DNA of 64,000 bases from Fistulifera solaris (Eukaryota): assembly GCA_030295235.1 (NCBI GenBank), contig AP026159.1, positions 1 to 64,000 of the forward strand, read 5' to 3'. Shown in pieces: positions 1 to 13,427 of the stretch (position 1 is its first letter; each line of letters starts with the position of its first letter). A program made the position numbers and the translations under genes. A model generated the notes under the pieces. The model saw only the letters and a program-made list of their open reading frames with translations. It did no database searches and was not told the origin of the DNA.

Positions 1-1506
1 TTTTGTTACTGGAATAGAACCAATTTGAAACAACATCAGATACATCAGTTTCAGTAACCATATCAACATCACGACGACTAAATCCTCTAGCTTCGCTTGT
101 TAAAGCTGATTGTTTCATGATTCGAATATGTGTTCGAACTTCCATTTCATGGTCTAATAATTGTTTTGCTGCTTCAAAATCGTGTTCTTTAATACAATCT
201 TCTTTATCTTTAATGGTTTCTTGTAATTCATGCATCAAACTTCTTAAGCCTAGTGGTAAACGTCGATTTTCTAAACGTACGCGGGCACCAGCCTCATCTA
301 AAACATCAATTGCTTTATCTGGAAGATAACGATCAGCAACATATTTATCTGAAAGAATAGCCGCTTGTTCTAAAGCTTTATCGTGATAACTTAATGTATG
401 ATGTTGCTCAAATTTTGAACGTAGACCGCGTAGAATTTCAATAGTTGTTCCTACACTTGGTTCTTCTACATGAACTGGTTGGAACCGTCTTTCTAAAGCT
501 GGGTCACGTTCAATATATTTACGATATTCATCATTTGTTGTTGCCCCGATACAGCGGAACTTACCTCGTGCTAAGGCTGGTTTTAAAATATTTGCTGCAT
601 CAACTGCACCTTCAGCTGCACCTGCACCAACTAGAGTATGAATTTCGTCGATAACGATAATAACAGCTGAGTCATTTTGTGCTTCCTCAACTATTCGTTT
701 TAACCGTTCTTCAAATTCACCTCGGTACTTCGTACCAGCTAAAATTGAACCAAGATCTAATGCCATAATTAAACTTCCATCTAAAAATCTGGAACTTTTT
801 CTGTTAAAATAAGTTGCGCTAAACCTTCAGCTACAGCTGTTTTGCCGACACCAGGTTCACCAATTAAAACAGGATTATTTTAGTGCGTCGTGCTAGAACA
901 GCAATTACGTCATCAATTTCTTTTTCACGTCCAATTACTGGATCTAAGTTTCCTTCAATCGCTTCTTTAGTAATATTTTCAGCATATTCATCTAAAGTTG
1001 GCGTTGGGCTACCTTTTATCACGCTCTAATAAGAATTTTTCTGCTTGAGTTAAAGGACGTAAAATTTCCTCTTGCGTTTCTTCAATATAAGTTAAAATTA
1101 AGTTTCTTAACTTATTGATGTCGACATTTAATTTGTCTAAAGTCCGCATTGCAACACCATCAGATTCAGCTATAAGAGCTAATAATATGTGCTCAGTACC
1201 TACAAAGTTTTGTCCTAGATCTTTACCTTCATGAACTGCCATTTCTAGCACACGTTTTGCTCTTGGTGTAAATGGAATTTCTGAGGCAACAAATCCAGTA
1301 CCTCGTCCAATATATAACTCAATTTCTTTGCGAGCTTTTTAAAGTAACTTTTAATTTTTTAATGCTCTTGCTCCAATGCCGTGTCTTTGTCCGATAACGC
1401 CTAATAAAAGTTGTTCAGTTCCCACAAAGTTATGACCCATTCGTCGCGCTTCTTCTTGAGATAGCATGATAACTTTTATCGCGCCTTCAGTAAATTTTTC
1501 AAACAT
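1..1506 (-). CDS. clpC: Clp protease ATP-binding subunit (runs off the window edge; homopolymer frameshifts)
   Basis: [36 protein letters not shown], second Clp-N repeat [12 protein letters not shown], Walker A GEPGVGKT near 840-860. Confidence 0.96.
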
Positions 1507-1646
1507 AAAGAGTTCATAGTTTAATTTTTGAATTTCGATTCTATTTACTTTACTCAATATTATACCACAATATTAATATAAATATTTAAATTAAACTTAT
1601 ATTAATAGACTAGATCGAGTATATGGTTTACAATGTAGTTACTTAT

Positions 1647-1713
1647 GGCGGTATGGCCAAGCGGTAAGGCAGTGGATTGCAAATCCTCGACCCCAGTTCG
1701 AATCTTGCCGCCT
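1647..1713 (+). tRNA. trnC: tRNA-Cys(GCA)
   Basis: GGCGGTATGGCCAAGCGGTAAGGC, GCA anticodon, TTCGAAT loop; the 3' strand of the T-stem lacks about 3 G (probable read error). Confidence 0.88.
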
Positions 1714-1815
1714 ATAATTTTAGAACTATAATATTGTTTTTAGAGGTTTTAACTATAGACTATCCTGTAGTTAAACCCGATGAAAATTGTGTGGAATAAC
1801 TTAATAAATTAGACA

Positions 1816-1901
1816 GGGAATGTGGTGGAATTGGTAGACACGACGGACTTAAAATCCGTTGCCTAGTGATAGGCGTGAGGGTTCAAGTCCCTCCGTTCCC
1901 A
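1816..1901 (+). tRNA. trnL: tRNA-Leu(TAA), no intron
   Basis: Cloverleaf with long variable arm; anticodon loop CTTAAAA. Confidence 0.95.
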
Positions 1902-2056
1902 ATTATAAATCAATTTTACTTTATAAGAAAGGAACAAAACTTTTCTTTTGAATTCTCACTTTTTGTTTAACTTTTGATTTAACCTAATTATTAATAATAG
2001 TATTTTAATCAACTTTAATCCATAAATTCTTTTATGGATTAAAGAGTTGGTTAAAA

Positions 2057-2378
2057 TTATGATAAACAGATACGATAGAAAACCCCAGGTGGTAGATCAA
2101 TTTCTGATAATAAATCAAAATTGGTGTATTCAAATCATAATTAATTTCAACAATTCGTTTATGAATTCGAATTTCAAAATGTTCTCTTGAATCTTTATTA
2201 ACATGCGGAGAACGTAATACACAATAAATACGCTTCCGAGTTGGTAAAGTAACTACTCCAGCTGAGTGCAGAGGAGTATTTTGTAAAGTATTCATGATCT
2301 TTTGGCATGAAGAAACTACTAGTTCATGATTAAAAGATTCTAGTCTTACACGAATTTTGCATTCGTTTGGATTTCCAT
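2057..2378 (-). CDS. rps10: 30S ribosomal protein S10 (frameshifted)
   Basis: KIRVRLESF...LPTRKRIYCVLRSPHVNKDSREHFEIRIHKR...DLPPGV. Confidence 0.95.
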
Positions 2379-2389
2379 AAAATTTTAAA

Positions 2390-3614
2390 TTATTTAACAA
2401 TTTTAGAAACTACACCTGCACCAATCGTACGACCACCTTCACGGATCGCGAATCGCATACCAGCTTCAATTGCTACAGGATGAATTAGCTCAGCCGTCAT
2501 TTTAATACGATCACCTGGCATTACCATTTCAACAATTGATCCATCATCAGCTGTGAATTGAGTGATTGCACCTGTTACGTCTGTTGTTCTTACGTAAAAT
2601 TGTGGTCGATAACCAGAGAAGAATGGAGTATGACGACCGCCTTCCTCTTTGTTAAAACATACACTTCTGATTCAAAGTTTGTATGAGGTGTAATTGTTCC
2701 TGGTTTCGCTAAAACCATACCACGCTCAATATCATCACGTGTTACACCACGTAATAAAATACCAACGTTGTCGCCAGCAAATCCTTCGTCCAATGTTTTT
2801 GGAACATTTCAATACCAGTAACAGTAGTTGTTTTTGTTTCTCCAATACCAACGATTTCAACACTTTCGCCTACTTTTACAATTCCACGATCAATACGACC
2901 AGTTGCAACAGTACCACGACCTGTAATTGAGAAAACATCTTCAACAGCCATTAAGAATGTTTTTCTGTATCACGCTCTGGAGTTGGAATGTAACTATCTA
3001 CAGCATCCATTAATGCAAAATTTTATCAACCCATTTATTTTCACCACGTTTAATTTCTGGATTTGACGTAATGGCTTCCATAGCTTGTAATGCAGAACCA
3101 GGACAAATTGGAATTTCTTCACCTGGGAAATCATACGCTGAAAGTAATTCCCGAACTTCCAATTCAACCAATTCTACCAATCTCGGCATCATCAACTTGG
3201 TCTTCTTTATTTAAAAACAACAATATGAGGAACACCTACTTGTTTTGATAATAAAATGTGTTCACGTGTTTGAGGCATTGGACCATCTGCTGCTGATACT
3301 ACTAGAATTGCACCGTCCATTTGTGCAGCACCTGTAATCATGTTTTTAACATAATCAGCGTGACCTGGACAGTCTACGTGTGCATAGTGACGAGTTTCCG
3401 TTTCATACTCTACGTGTGCTGTATTAATAGTAATACCACGTTGTCTTTCTTCAGGCGCTCCGTCGATCTCATCATATGCTTTAATTTGTGCATTTCCTTC
3501 TAACGATAATGTTGAAGTAATTGCTGCTGTTAAAGTTGTCTTACCATGGTCTACGTGACCAATAGTTCCAATGTTAACATGCGGTTTTGAACGTTCAAAT
3601 TTTTCACGTGCCAT
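2390..3614 (-). CDS. tufA: Elongation factor Tu (frameshifted)
   Basis: [27 protein letters not shown]; ends [10 protein letters not shown]. Confidence 0.98.
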
Positions 3615-3685
3615 TATAAAATTCCTTTATATTTTGAAAAAATTATCTATATTATTTATAAGCTTTTAGCGAGACTTACGGGAAA

Positions 3686-4151
3686 TTAATATCTAAAATG
3701 TGCAAAAGCTTTATTAGCTTCAGCCATTCTATGAGTTTCTTCCTTTTCTTAATAGTATTACCGATATCGTTAGCTGTGTCAATAATTTCGTTAGCTAATT
3801 TAATTGCCATACTACGTCCAACACGTTTATTGGAAAATTGAATAATCCAACGTAACGATAAATTAGTTGCTCTAAAACTACTTACTTCAATCGGAACTTG
3901 GTATGTTGACCCACCTACTCGACGTGCTTTTACTTCTACAATAGGACTTGCATTTCGAATTGCCTTTTCAAATACGCTTAAAGGATCTTCATTTGTTTTT
4001 TTCTAATAATATCAAACGCTTGGTAAACAATTTTTCTGGCGATAGTTTTTTACCAGACTTTAAAATTCTAGTAGTTAATAAACTAACTAGATAACTACTG
4101 TAAACGGATCAGGTTGTGGGAAACGCTTTTTGAAATATTTCTACGAGACAT
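3686..4151 (-). CDS. rps7: 30S ribosomal protein S7 (frameshifted)
   Basis: MSRRNISK..., [23 protein letters not shown]; lies between rps12 and tufA. Confidence 0.95.
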
Positions 4152-4226
4152 AATAAAGTTGAGAAATTTTTATCTAATTAATTTTTTGAAGATTTTATTA
4201 GTTAAAGCCTTAGGTACTAAAATGTT

Positions 4227-4603
4227 TTATTTGTCTGCTTTTGGTTTTTACACCATATTTAGAGCGACCTTGAGTACGGCCTTTAACTCCACCCGTGTCT
4301 AAAGCACCACGAACAATATGGTAACGCACCCTGGTAAATCTTTCACACGACCACCACGAATTAAAACAACTGAATGCTCCTGTAAATTATGTCCAACTCC
4401 TGGAATATATGCTGTTACTTCAAATCCAGATGTTAATCTTACACGAGCAACTTTTCGAATAGCAGAGTTTGGTTTCTTTGGTGTTGTTGTATATACTCGT
4501 GTACACACACCTCGTCTCTGTGGACAATTAACCAGTGCAGGTGATTTCGTCTTTTCTTTATTTGTATACGTGGTGAACGAACTAATTGTTGAATTGTTGG
4601 CAT
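4227..4603 (-). CDS. rps12: 30S ribosomal protein S12 (frameshifted)
   Basis: [27 protein letters not shown]...GGRVKDLPG. Confidence 0.97.
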
Positions 4604-4650
4604 AAAATGTTTAATTTATTTTATTATTTTCATAGATTGCGACCTAGTCT

Positions 4651-4860
4651 TTAATTGTCATCTAATTTATATCTTTTCATAAATTTTTCAACTCGACCTT
4701 CACTATCCACAAGAACTTGGGATTTTGTATAGAATGGATGATTTGCTAACCATAAATCAACTTGCAATTTTTTTGTTGAACCAATTATACAAAGAGGTTT
4801 TCCGTTATATAAAACTTTGGTTTCTTTAAACCATTTTGGATGTATATCAGATTTTGGCAT
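4651..4860 (-). CDS. rpl31: 50S ribosomal protein L31
   Basis: MPKSDIHPKW...HPFYT...GRVEKFMKRY. Confidence 0.95.
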   Translation of the reverse strand: MPKSDIHPKWFKETKVLYNGKPLCIIGSTKKLQVDLWLANHPFYTKSQVLVDSEGRVEKFMKRYKLDDN

Positions 4861-4885
4861 CGTAGCTTTTAAAAAATTTATAATA

Positions 4886-5296
4886 TTAACGTTTTGAGTA
4901 TTGAGGAGCTTTTCTTGCTTTTCGTAAACCGTATTTTTACGTTCTTTAATACGTGAGTCACGAGTTAAAAATCCAAATGGTTTTAAAGCAAGACGATTTT
5001 CTTTATCCATCTCACAAAGTAATCGAGAAACGCCTAATTGAATCGAGTGTGCCTGGCTTGTTAAACCTCCACCTTTAACTAAAACTACAATGTCAAATTG
5101 TTTTTCTAATTTTAATTTTTCTAATGGTGCCCAAACAGCGTTTAAATATGTATCGTTATATTGTAAGTATTTATCACCAGCACTTTTATTAATAACAAGA
5201 TTACCTTCGCCAGGGATCAGAAAACCCTTGCGATCGCTTCTTTGCGCTTTCCAAGTCCAATATTTTTTTGAAATTTAATTCTATTTTAGAATCCAT
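4886..5296 (-). CDS. rps9: 30S ribosomal protein S9 (frameshifted)
   Basis: GGGLTSQA, FLTRDSRIKERK, C-terminal QYSKR*. Confidence 0.93.
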
Positions 5297-5358
5297 AAAT
5301 TTTCAGTAGATATAATTATATTTTTAATTGAATTTTGTCCCAGTTGAAATTGTTCAAA

Positions 5359-5832
5359 TCTAATTACGTAATTCGACCATTTTAGAGTGAATAGTTGAAT
5401 CTTTATAAAAATTTGAAACGTCAATTTTATTGGGTTTTGAGCTACATGAGTATGATTTTCATCATTAAAAATACGTAGGCGGCGTATTACTGTTTTTTTC
5501 TGACTGAGTCAACATACCTTTTACTGCGCGTTCAATAGTAAATTTAGGTAAACAGTCAGAAACGTTTCTTATTTTAATGCAGAACCTGGACGACCAGGTT
5601 GATTTACAATATGATGTGTTGCAGTTTCGTTTATAAGAATTGATTCTGCGTTAATTAAAATTACATAATCACCGGTATCTATTGAAGGAAAATAGTAGGG
5701 TTTTACTTTTCCTTTTAGTAATGTAGCAATAATTGTTGCGATACGACCTAATTTTGGTCTTTACAGTCAATAATAAACCAATTACGGTTTTGTAACTTTG
5801 AGTAGGTAAAATGTCTTATTTAATGAATTCAT
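5359..5832 (-). CDS. rpl13: 50S ribosomal protein L13 (frameshifted; 3' end approximate)
   Basis: [15 protein letters not shown]...[17 protein letters not shown]; position between rpoA and rps9. Confidence 0.88.
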
Positions 5833-5895
5833 AGTTTTTGAAAATAGATAATGAAAAGTCTTAATCAATTAGAAATTTATTTTTCTGTTTACCTG

Positions 5896-6824
5896 TTATT
5901 TCAAAATAATCCCCAGTTTATTTTTAATGTAGAAAAACTTCGTCTGCTGATTTTCGACCAAAATTTTAAGTTCTTGTAGTTTTTCTGGAGAATACTGTAA
6001 TAAATCTCCTACAGTATTTATTTGTGCTTTTTAAACAATTATAAGCACGAACAGATAATTGTAATTCTTCAATTGCAATGTTAGTATATGGTTCAATACT
6101 ACTAGATTCCGGTTTAGATTCTAATTGATTAGTATTAACCATATTTTTATTGTTAATCAATAATGTAAATAAGTCAACAATAACTTGAGCAGCAGATTCT
6201 AAAGCCTCATTTGGTGAAATACTTCCATTTGTCCAAATATCTAATAATAATCGTTCAGTAATATTATTCGCTGAATCATAAACATTTTCTATCTTAAAAT
6301 CTACTTTTGAATTGGCATAAAACTGTATCTAATTGTAGATAATTTTCAGAATCATCCGTAAATGTTTGAGTAGCTAATTTATAACCAGTGCCATATTCAA
6401 ATTTAAATTCAATCTCAAGAATATTTGATGTCGAAATTGTCGCTATGTAATGATTAGGATTTATAATTTCTAAATTCGAGGGAAGTTGAATTAAGTCAGC
6501 TGTTACAACAGCAGGACCTTGTACTTTTAGTCGACCAAATTGAATATCATTGATTTCGCTTTTAAGAACAATTCCTTTTAAATTTAAAAGAATTTCTAAA
6601 ATATCTTCACGTACACCCGGAATTGTTGAAAATTCATGCGTAATACCAGCAATTCTAACTGCTGAAATTGCCATCCCACCTAAATCACCTAACAAAACTC
6701 TTCGTAACTGATTACCAATTGTAATTCCTTGGCCGGCTCTTAATGCATTGATTACAAAGCGACCCTGACACGCTCCCGATTCAATCTTTTCTGACTTAAG
6801 ACATTTAATAGAAATGTTATTCAT
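5896..6824 (-). CDS. rpoA: RNA polymerase alpha subunit (frameshifted)
   Basis: GITIGNQLRRVLL, HEFSTIPGVRED, IEELQLSVRAYNCLK. Confidence 0.97.
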
Positions 6825-6850
6825 ATTTTAAGTTATTTGGAAATAGAGTT

Positions 6851-7237
6851 TTAAACTCGACGTCGTTTCGGCGGTCTGCAACCATTATGTGGCACTGAAG
6901 TAATGTCTTGAATTGAAATAATATCAAATCCGGCACCTTCAATTGCTCGAATGGCTGTTTCACGACCCGATCCTTGGCCTTTTACTAAGATTTCTACGTT
7001 TTTCATTCCAGTATTTAGAGCTTCTAATGCAGCTTTCTCAGCAGCTGTCTGCGCAGCAAACGGGGTGCTTTTCGAGCACCTTTAAACCCTGAACTGCCTC
7101 CAGAAGCCCATGAAACTGTATCGCCAGTTAAATTTGTTATAGTAACGATCGTATTATTAAATGTTGATTTAATATGAACAACGCCACTTGTAAATTTTTT
7201 ATCTTTTTAGCTACTGATTTTTTGATGTTTGTGCCAT
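6851..7237 (-). CDS. rps11: 30S ribosomal protein S11 (frameshifted)
   Basis: [15 protein letters not shown]-terminal [13 protein letters not shown]. Confidence 0.95.
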
Positions 7238-7275
7238 ATAACAATTTTAAATAAATTTAATATCAGATTTGAAGC

Positions 7276-7640
7276 TTATTTTTCTTACCTGTTACAGTTT
7301 TTAGACCCACGTCGTGTTCGAGCATTCGTTCTTGTACGTTGCCCACGAACAGGCAAATTATTTCTATGTCGTTTACCGCGGTGACAATTAATTTCATTTA
7401 ATCGTTTTATATTTAGGCCATTGAATCTTCTAAGATCACCTTCTAACTGTAAATCACTTTCTTCTAAAGTTTGTCTTAATAAACCAGCTTGTTCAGGAGT
7501 TAAATCGTTAACTCGTGTTTCGCTATCAATATTAGTAAGTTCTACAATTTTTTGCAGAAGTAAGACCAATTCCATGAATATAAGTCAGACCATAGGTAAT
7601 TTTTATTTCTGGGCAAATCAACCCCAACTAATCGAACCAT
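7276..7640 (-). CDS. rps13: 30S ribosomal protein S13 (frameshifted)
   Basis: EGDLRR...RGKRHRNNLPVRGQRTRTNARTR. Confidence 0.95.
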
Positions 7641-7659
7641 TTTTGACTCCTTTAAAATA

Positions 7660-7771
7660 TTATCCTTGACGTTGTTTATGTTTTGGATTAGAGCACACGA
7701 CTCTAATTTTTCCGTGTCGTTTAATCAAGCGACAATTTTCACACATTTTTTACTGATGGACGAACTTTCAT
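7660..7771 (-). CDS. rpl36: 50S ribosomal protein L36 (frameshifted)
   Basis: MKVRPSV...CENCRLIKRHGKIRVVCSNPKHKQRQG*. Confidence 0.95.
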
Positions 7772-7784
7772 TTTTAATTTAAAT

Positions 7785-9036
7785 TTATTGATACATGTTG
7801 TTATAGATGTTCGAATAATAGATATTTTTACTTCTCGAACTAAATCTAAAACTACACCAGCTAAAATTAGCAAAGATGTAGCACTTAAGCTATTTAAACT
7901 TGTAACACTAAGAGTTGATTCTAAAAATTAGGAACAGTCGTTACTATAGCCAGCATTGTCGCCCCAATTAGTGTTACTCGCTTCATAACTTGTTTTAAAT
8001 AAAATGTTGTTTGAATACCGGGCCGAACACCTGGTACTGTTACAGCCATTTTCTGTAATTGATCAGCTATATCTTTTGGATTTAAAACAATAGTTGAATA
8101 AAATGAACTAAACGTTAAAGTTAGTACGAAATAGCTAATCCAGTATAAGAATCTTAAAGAGTCAAAATTTATAGCAAAATTGACTTTTGGCAATAGTCCG
8201 AAATTACTTATGTAGTTTGGGACAACTAGTATTGCTGTCGTTAAAATGATCGGCATTACACCAGCTTGATTGAATCTCAGTGGAAGATAATTATTAATTT
8301 GAATCGAATTATCTTGCAATGCCGATTGGTTCAGTTGTTTCGATGAAATTAAAGGAACTATTCGAACTCCCTCCTGTAAAAATACAATTCCGTATAGAGA
8401 GATTAATAATATAAAAACACCGATTATAGAAAAAGGCTTAAATTCACTACCATTTTCTAAAAAATTGTACGAGTTAAGTTAGGGAGACTTGAAATAATAT
8501 TAGTATAGATAAGTAACGAGGATCCGTTACCTAATCCGTAATCAGTGATAAGTTCACTTAACCATAATACAATCATTGCACCAGTTGTTAACCAAATAAC
8601 AATCTCAAATGCTAGAGTATAACTCCAGTTGAATAAGATTTGTTTTAAGTACAAACTTAATCCAATACTTTGAATAACAGCCCAAATTAACGTTATGAAA
8701 CGCGTTAATCTATTAATATATCTTCGGCCTTCAAGATCACCTTCTTTTGTAATTTTGAAAGTTTTGGAGAAAGGCCTAAAATTAATTGAATTAAAATCGA
8801 TGCATTAATATAAGGAAAAATGTTTAAAGTAAATAGACCAATAACAAAAGTATTTTCACCTGCGAATGTACTCACGAAACTTCGAGTTACGGAATGCGTT
8901 TGTATATAAAAGCTAAATCACTATGATTAATTCCGGGTACAGGTAGAAATGTGCCTATTCTAATTAATAACAATATCCCAATAGTAATTAAAATTCGTTT
9001 TAGGATAATAGATTGAATTTCTTTATTGAATTTCAC
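7785..9036 (-). CDS. secY: Preprotein translocase SecY (frameshifted)
   Basis: YGLGNGSSLLI, LPLRFNQAGVMPII, VPGVRPG. Confidence 0.95.
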
Positions 9037-9066
9037 AATTTCGCTTTTTAATTTATATAGAATCTT

Positions 9067-9592
9067 TTAGTCTAAATTTCGCTTTTTCTAACTTGAGATT
9101 TAGTTGTCAAATTTTCAAGTGCACAAATGGCTGCACGTGCATTATTTAATAAACTATCAGAACCTAATTGTTTAGCAATAACATTCTTTACACCTGCTAC
9201 TTCTAAAACAATTCGAACAGCTCCACCCGCAATAACACCAGAACCTTCAATAGACGGTCGCATAATAACATTCGATGCCCCAAATGTACCTAAAACATTG
9301 TGTGGAATACTTAATGATTTAGTAATTGGAAGTTTAATTAAATTTTACGTCCATCTGTTTTCGCTTTCTTAAATGCATTAACAACATCATCTGCTTTAGC
9401 GACGCCAACTCCAACTTGCCCATTTTCATCACCAACAACTACAATTGCGCGAAAACTTAGTTTTTACCACCTTTAGTTACTTTTGAAACGCGACTAATTT
9501 TAATTAATCGCTCAACAAATTTTGGTTCCTGTATATTTTGCGCACGTCGAGAATTTTTCTAACTTTATTTATTTTTTTAGATCACTACTCAT
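9067..9592 (-). CDS. rps5: 30S ribosomal protein S5 (frameshifted)
   Basis: [30 protein letters not shown]. Confidence 0.95.
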
Positions 9593-9618
9593 AAAATATA
9601 TTTAACTTGTCTATTTAA

Positions 9619-10020
9619 CTAAAATTGTAAACCACCAGCTCGTGCCCCATCCGCAAGCGCTTTGATACGACCATGATATAAATATGGACCACGATCAAAG
9701 ACAATTTTGGTAATATTTTTTTAAACTTAATTCAGCTAATTTCTCTCCCATTAAACGAGATGCATCACATGTTCGACCAGTTGAAAGAGCAAGTTTAATC
9801 GAGCGATCTAATGTTGAACAAGAAATTAGTGTTTTGCATTAACATCATCAATAATTTGCGCGTAAATATTTTCGTTTGATCGAAAACTGATAATCTTGGA
9901 CGTTCTAGAGTTCCTTTTATACGACCTCGAACTGTTTCACGTTTTAATCTTTTATATTTTCGAGGTCTTAATTTTTATTCTTACTTTTAACTTTAACAAA
10001 GTTCTTGGTGAAAATTTCAT
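9619..10020 (-). CDS. rpl18: 50S ribosomal protein L18 (frameshifted)
   Basis: [32 protein letters not shown]. Confidence 0.93.
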
Positions 10021-10115
10021 AGTTTTAATCTTTTATTTTTTAAACTTTAAAATGTGATGATTTTTATATTTAAAAGAAAGAAATTGTATTTTGATCAATG
10101 ATTAACAAAATACAA

Positions 10116-10651
10116 TTATTTGCCCGATTTACCAGCTTTGCGAAGAATTCTTTCGTTTTTATATAAAATTCCTTTACCTTTATAAGGTTCTGGTTTTCTC
10201 CAAGATCGGATATTGGCTGCAAACAAACCTAATGATTCTTTATCACATGATTTTAAATTTATGGTTGTATTTTGCAAAACTTCAACTGAAATATTGGTGG
10301 GAATTTCAATTTTTACTGGGTGACTATATCCTAAACTTAAGACAATTTCATTGCCTTGGACTGCAGCACGATAACCAACACCTTTTAAATTAAGAGTAAT
10401 AGTAAATTGTTCTGAAACTCCAATTACCATATTGTTAATTAATGTTCGGTATAAACCGTGTAGAGCTTTAATTTTTTATCGTTTTCTTTTAAAATAACAT
10501 TTAATTTTCCATCTTCTTGAACTAGACTGATAATATCTGGAACAGATCTCTGTAAAGTTCCAAATTTTCCTTTAACAGTAATCTCTGACTCGCGATGATC
10601 AATAGTAACACTATCTGGTATTTTAATGGGTAATTTTCCGATTCGTGACAT
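10116..10651 (-). CDS. rpl6: 50S ribosomal protein L6 (frameshifted)
   Basis: MSRIGKLPI...RKPEPYKGKGI. Confidence 0.96.
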
Positions 10652-10669
10652 TGTAAAACTCCTTTACTT

Positions 10670-11067
10670 TTACCAAATATAACATAAAACTTCACCACCA
10701 ACTCCTAATTCACGAGCTTTGATGTTTGTCATTAATCCTTTCGACGTTGAAATGATTGCAATACCTAAATTATCTAAGACTTTTGGCAAATTTGATGATT
10801 TTGAATAAACTCGTAAACCTGGTTTACTTACACGTTCAATTTTGCAAATTACTGGCTGTCTTGATTTTCCAATATATTTTAATGAGATTAATATATATTT
10901 TTACTGTCTTCACTGTAAGCTTCGAAATCTTCAATAAAACCTTCTACTTTTAAGATTTCTGCAATTCCTAAAGACATTCGAGTCGCTGGAATTTGAACAA
11001 TTTGGTGTTTCACCATGTTCGCATTTCGAATTCGTGTTAGCATATCTGAAATAGTATCGTTTACCAT
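10670..11067 (-). CDS. rps8: 30S ribosomal protein S8 (frameshifted)
   Basis: [16 protein letters not shown]...SKPGLRVY...GGEVLCYIW*. Confidence 0.95.
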
Positions 11068-11069
11068 AG

Positions 11070-11802
11070 TTATTTCCTTTTAACCTATATTTTATTATTC
11101 TTGTGACCAACGTTTTCGTTTTAAATGACGTTTTTATCCCAGGTACGATTAATCTCTGCAAAAGAATCATACTTGTCGTAGTAACCACAATCATTTAATG
11201 GAAATCTCAAGAATTTAAATAAAATCATTCCATTTAAGATTTTATCAATTGATTCATTTCGGTATTTAGGTGAGTTATGGTCTAAAACGATATTGATTGT
11301 ACAACCTTGTACTTGATCAACTTCGTCATACTCAACTTCTGGGAAAATTAATTGTTCTTTTAAACCAAACGTATAATTTCCTGCTTTATCAAAACTGCGT
11401 AATGATAACCCACGAAAATCTCGAATTTGTGCGAATGTAAAAATAAGAGTTTTGTTAAAAATGTGTACATTTTTCACCACGTAAGGTTACACTAATTCCT
11501 AGTTCCATATCTTCGCGAATCTTAAAACCAGCAATGGCTTTTTGCTCTTGAAACAACTGGTTTTTGACCAGTAATTTTTCAAATTCTTCAAGATTTTTTT
11601 AAGATATTTGTATTTTGTGCCGATACTCCAAGGCCACGATTAACAACTATTTTTTTTAATTTTGGAATTGTGTGAGGATTATTAAATAGCTTCGAACTGT
11701 TTTGCATTAAAATTGGTTTAATGCCGGCTTTGTACTCTTTTTTATATCACCTAGTAAATTATAAATTTCAGCAATTTCTTCTAAAGAATGTTGATTTAGC
11801 AT
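11070..11802 (-). CDS. rpl5: 50S ribosomal protein L5 (frameshifted)
   Basis: [30 protein letters not shown]. Confidence 0.93.
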
Positions 11803-11803
11803 A

Positions 11804-12051
11804 TTAAGATACTTCTTTTAAATTTAGTGTTACATTTGAATGGTGAATTGGTGCTTCTACTTGTTTAATTTCACCAATCTCATTTTCATTATTTGGTTTT
11901 ACGTGTTTAAACTTAAAATTAATGCCTTTCACAATCAATTTTCCAGTATTTCGATTAATTCTCAAAACTTCACCTGTTTCATTTTTGAAAAGCCTGAAAT
12001 AACTCTAACCGTATCGCCAACTTTCACATGAATTTTTTGTTTTTTTGACAT
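11804..12051 (-). CDS. rpl24: 50S ribosomal protein L24 (frameshifted)
   Basis: HVKVGDTVRVISG, EAPIHHSNV. Confidence 0.92.
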
Positions 12052-12413
12052 TTATAAAACCTCCGGCGCTAATGAAACAATCTTAGAATAATTTTTATCA
12101 CGAATTTCTCGTGCCACCGGCCAAAAACACGCGTCCCGCGAGGATTATTTTCCATATTTACAATCACCGCTGCATTATCGTCAAATCGAATAAACATCCC
12201 GTCTTGTCGACGGATAGTTTTGGTAGTTCGTACCACAATAGCACGTACAACATCCGAACGCTTTACTGGCATGTTTGGTGTTGCTTCTTTAACAACTGCA
12301 ATAATTGTATCGCCAATTTTGCAAATTTTTGCTCCCACCTAAAACACGAATACACATAACTTTTTCGCACCCGTATTATCGGCTACTGTTAACATTGTTT
12401 GAGGACAAATCAT
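12052..12413 (-). CDS. rpl14: 50S ribosomal protein L14 (frameshifted)
   Basis: [26 protein letters not shown]. Confidence 0.96.
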
Positions 12414-12433
12414 AAAATTAATTGATAGTTAAC

Positions 12434-12682
12434 TTATTAATGATGATTTTGTAAGAATTTTACTAGCTTAGAACGTTTTCTTTTACTTAAAGGACGACAT
12501 TCTTGAATTAATACTTGATCACCTATATTACATTCTTCTAATTCATCATGAGCTAAATACTTTTCGTTTTAACTAATGTTTTAGAATAAATCGGATGTGG
12601 ATAACGGTTTTCAACCTTTACCACGATAGTTTTTTTCCATTTTATTACTAATTACAATACCAATTTCTTGTTTTACTGGCAC
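12434..12682 (-). CDS. rps17: 30S ribosomal protein S17 (GTG start; frameshifted)
   Basis: [26 protein letters not shown]. Confidence 0.9.
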
Positions 12683-12732
12683 CGAACACTCCTTAATTTC
12701 TCTTAAATAATAGTTTAGATTTTGCTTTATAA

Positions 12733-12954
12733 TTAATTCTCGTCTTTTGATTCAAGATTCTTTAATCTCGATGTTAAAAGCGTCTTTAATTGCGCTAACT
12801 GGCGTTTTGTACTTTTAATTTCATTTGCTTTAAAAGTTTGGCGTGTAGCTTTCTTAAAACGAAGATTAAATAGTTTATTCTCTGCTTTAGCAATTGCTTC
12901 AGAAATTTCTGTATTTGAAAGTGAAATAATATCACTAAATTTAGGTAAACCCAT
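12733..12954 (-). CDS. rpl29: 50S ribosomal protein L29
   Basis: LFNLRFKKAT...KRQLAQLKTLL; operon position. Confidence 0.93.
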   Translation of the reverse strand: MGLPKFSDIISLSNTEISEAIAKAENKLFNLRFKKATRQTFKANEIKSTKRQLAQLKTLLTSRLKNLESKDEN

Positions 12955-12958
12955 ATTT

Positions 12959-13374
12959 TTAATTAATATTATCTTTAATAATGAATTTAGTTTTAATTGG
13001 TAATTTATAGGCAGCTAAATTAAATGCTGCGCGAGCAACTTCTTCTGGTACTGAACTAATTTCAAATAAAATTGTGCCTGGTTTCACAACACATACCCAA
13101 TAATCTACAGCACCTTTACCTGAACCCATTCTTGATTCCGCAGCACGAGCGGTTACGGTTTTGTCTGGGAAAATTCGAATCCATAATGAGGCACCACGTT
13201 TAGTGTAACGTGTAATTGTTCGACGTGCTGCTTCAATTTGACGTGATGTAATCCAACTCGGTTCTAAAGCTTGTAACCCAAAATTACCGAAACAAACTTC
13301 ATTTCCTCGAGTTTTTGTACCTCGCATACGTCCTCTATGATACTTTCTATACTTTGTTCTTTTGGGCTTAACAT
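12959..13374 (-). CDS. rpl16: 50S ribosomal protein L16 (frameshift near start)
   Basis: [21 protein letters not shown]. Confidence 0.97.
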
Positions 13375-13427
13375 AACAAATTAATTTAATAACAATGTAA
13401 AATTTTTAGCTGTGTGAGTCGAAATTT

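Noticed and set aside
1695..1713. trnC apparently pseudogenised (T-stem missing about 3 G)
   Set aside because: Loss of a G-run fits the homopolymer error pattern, and the rest of the tRNA is canonical.
1816..1901. Group I intron in trnL(UAA)
   Set aside because: The tRNA is contiguous; no intron is present.
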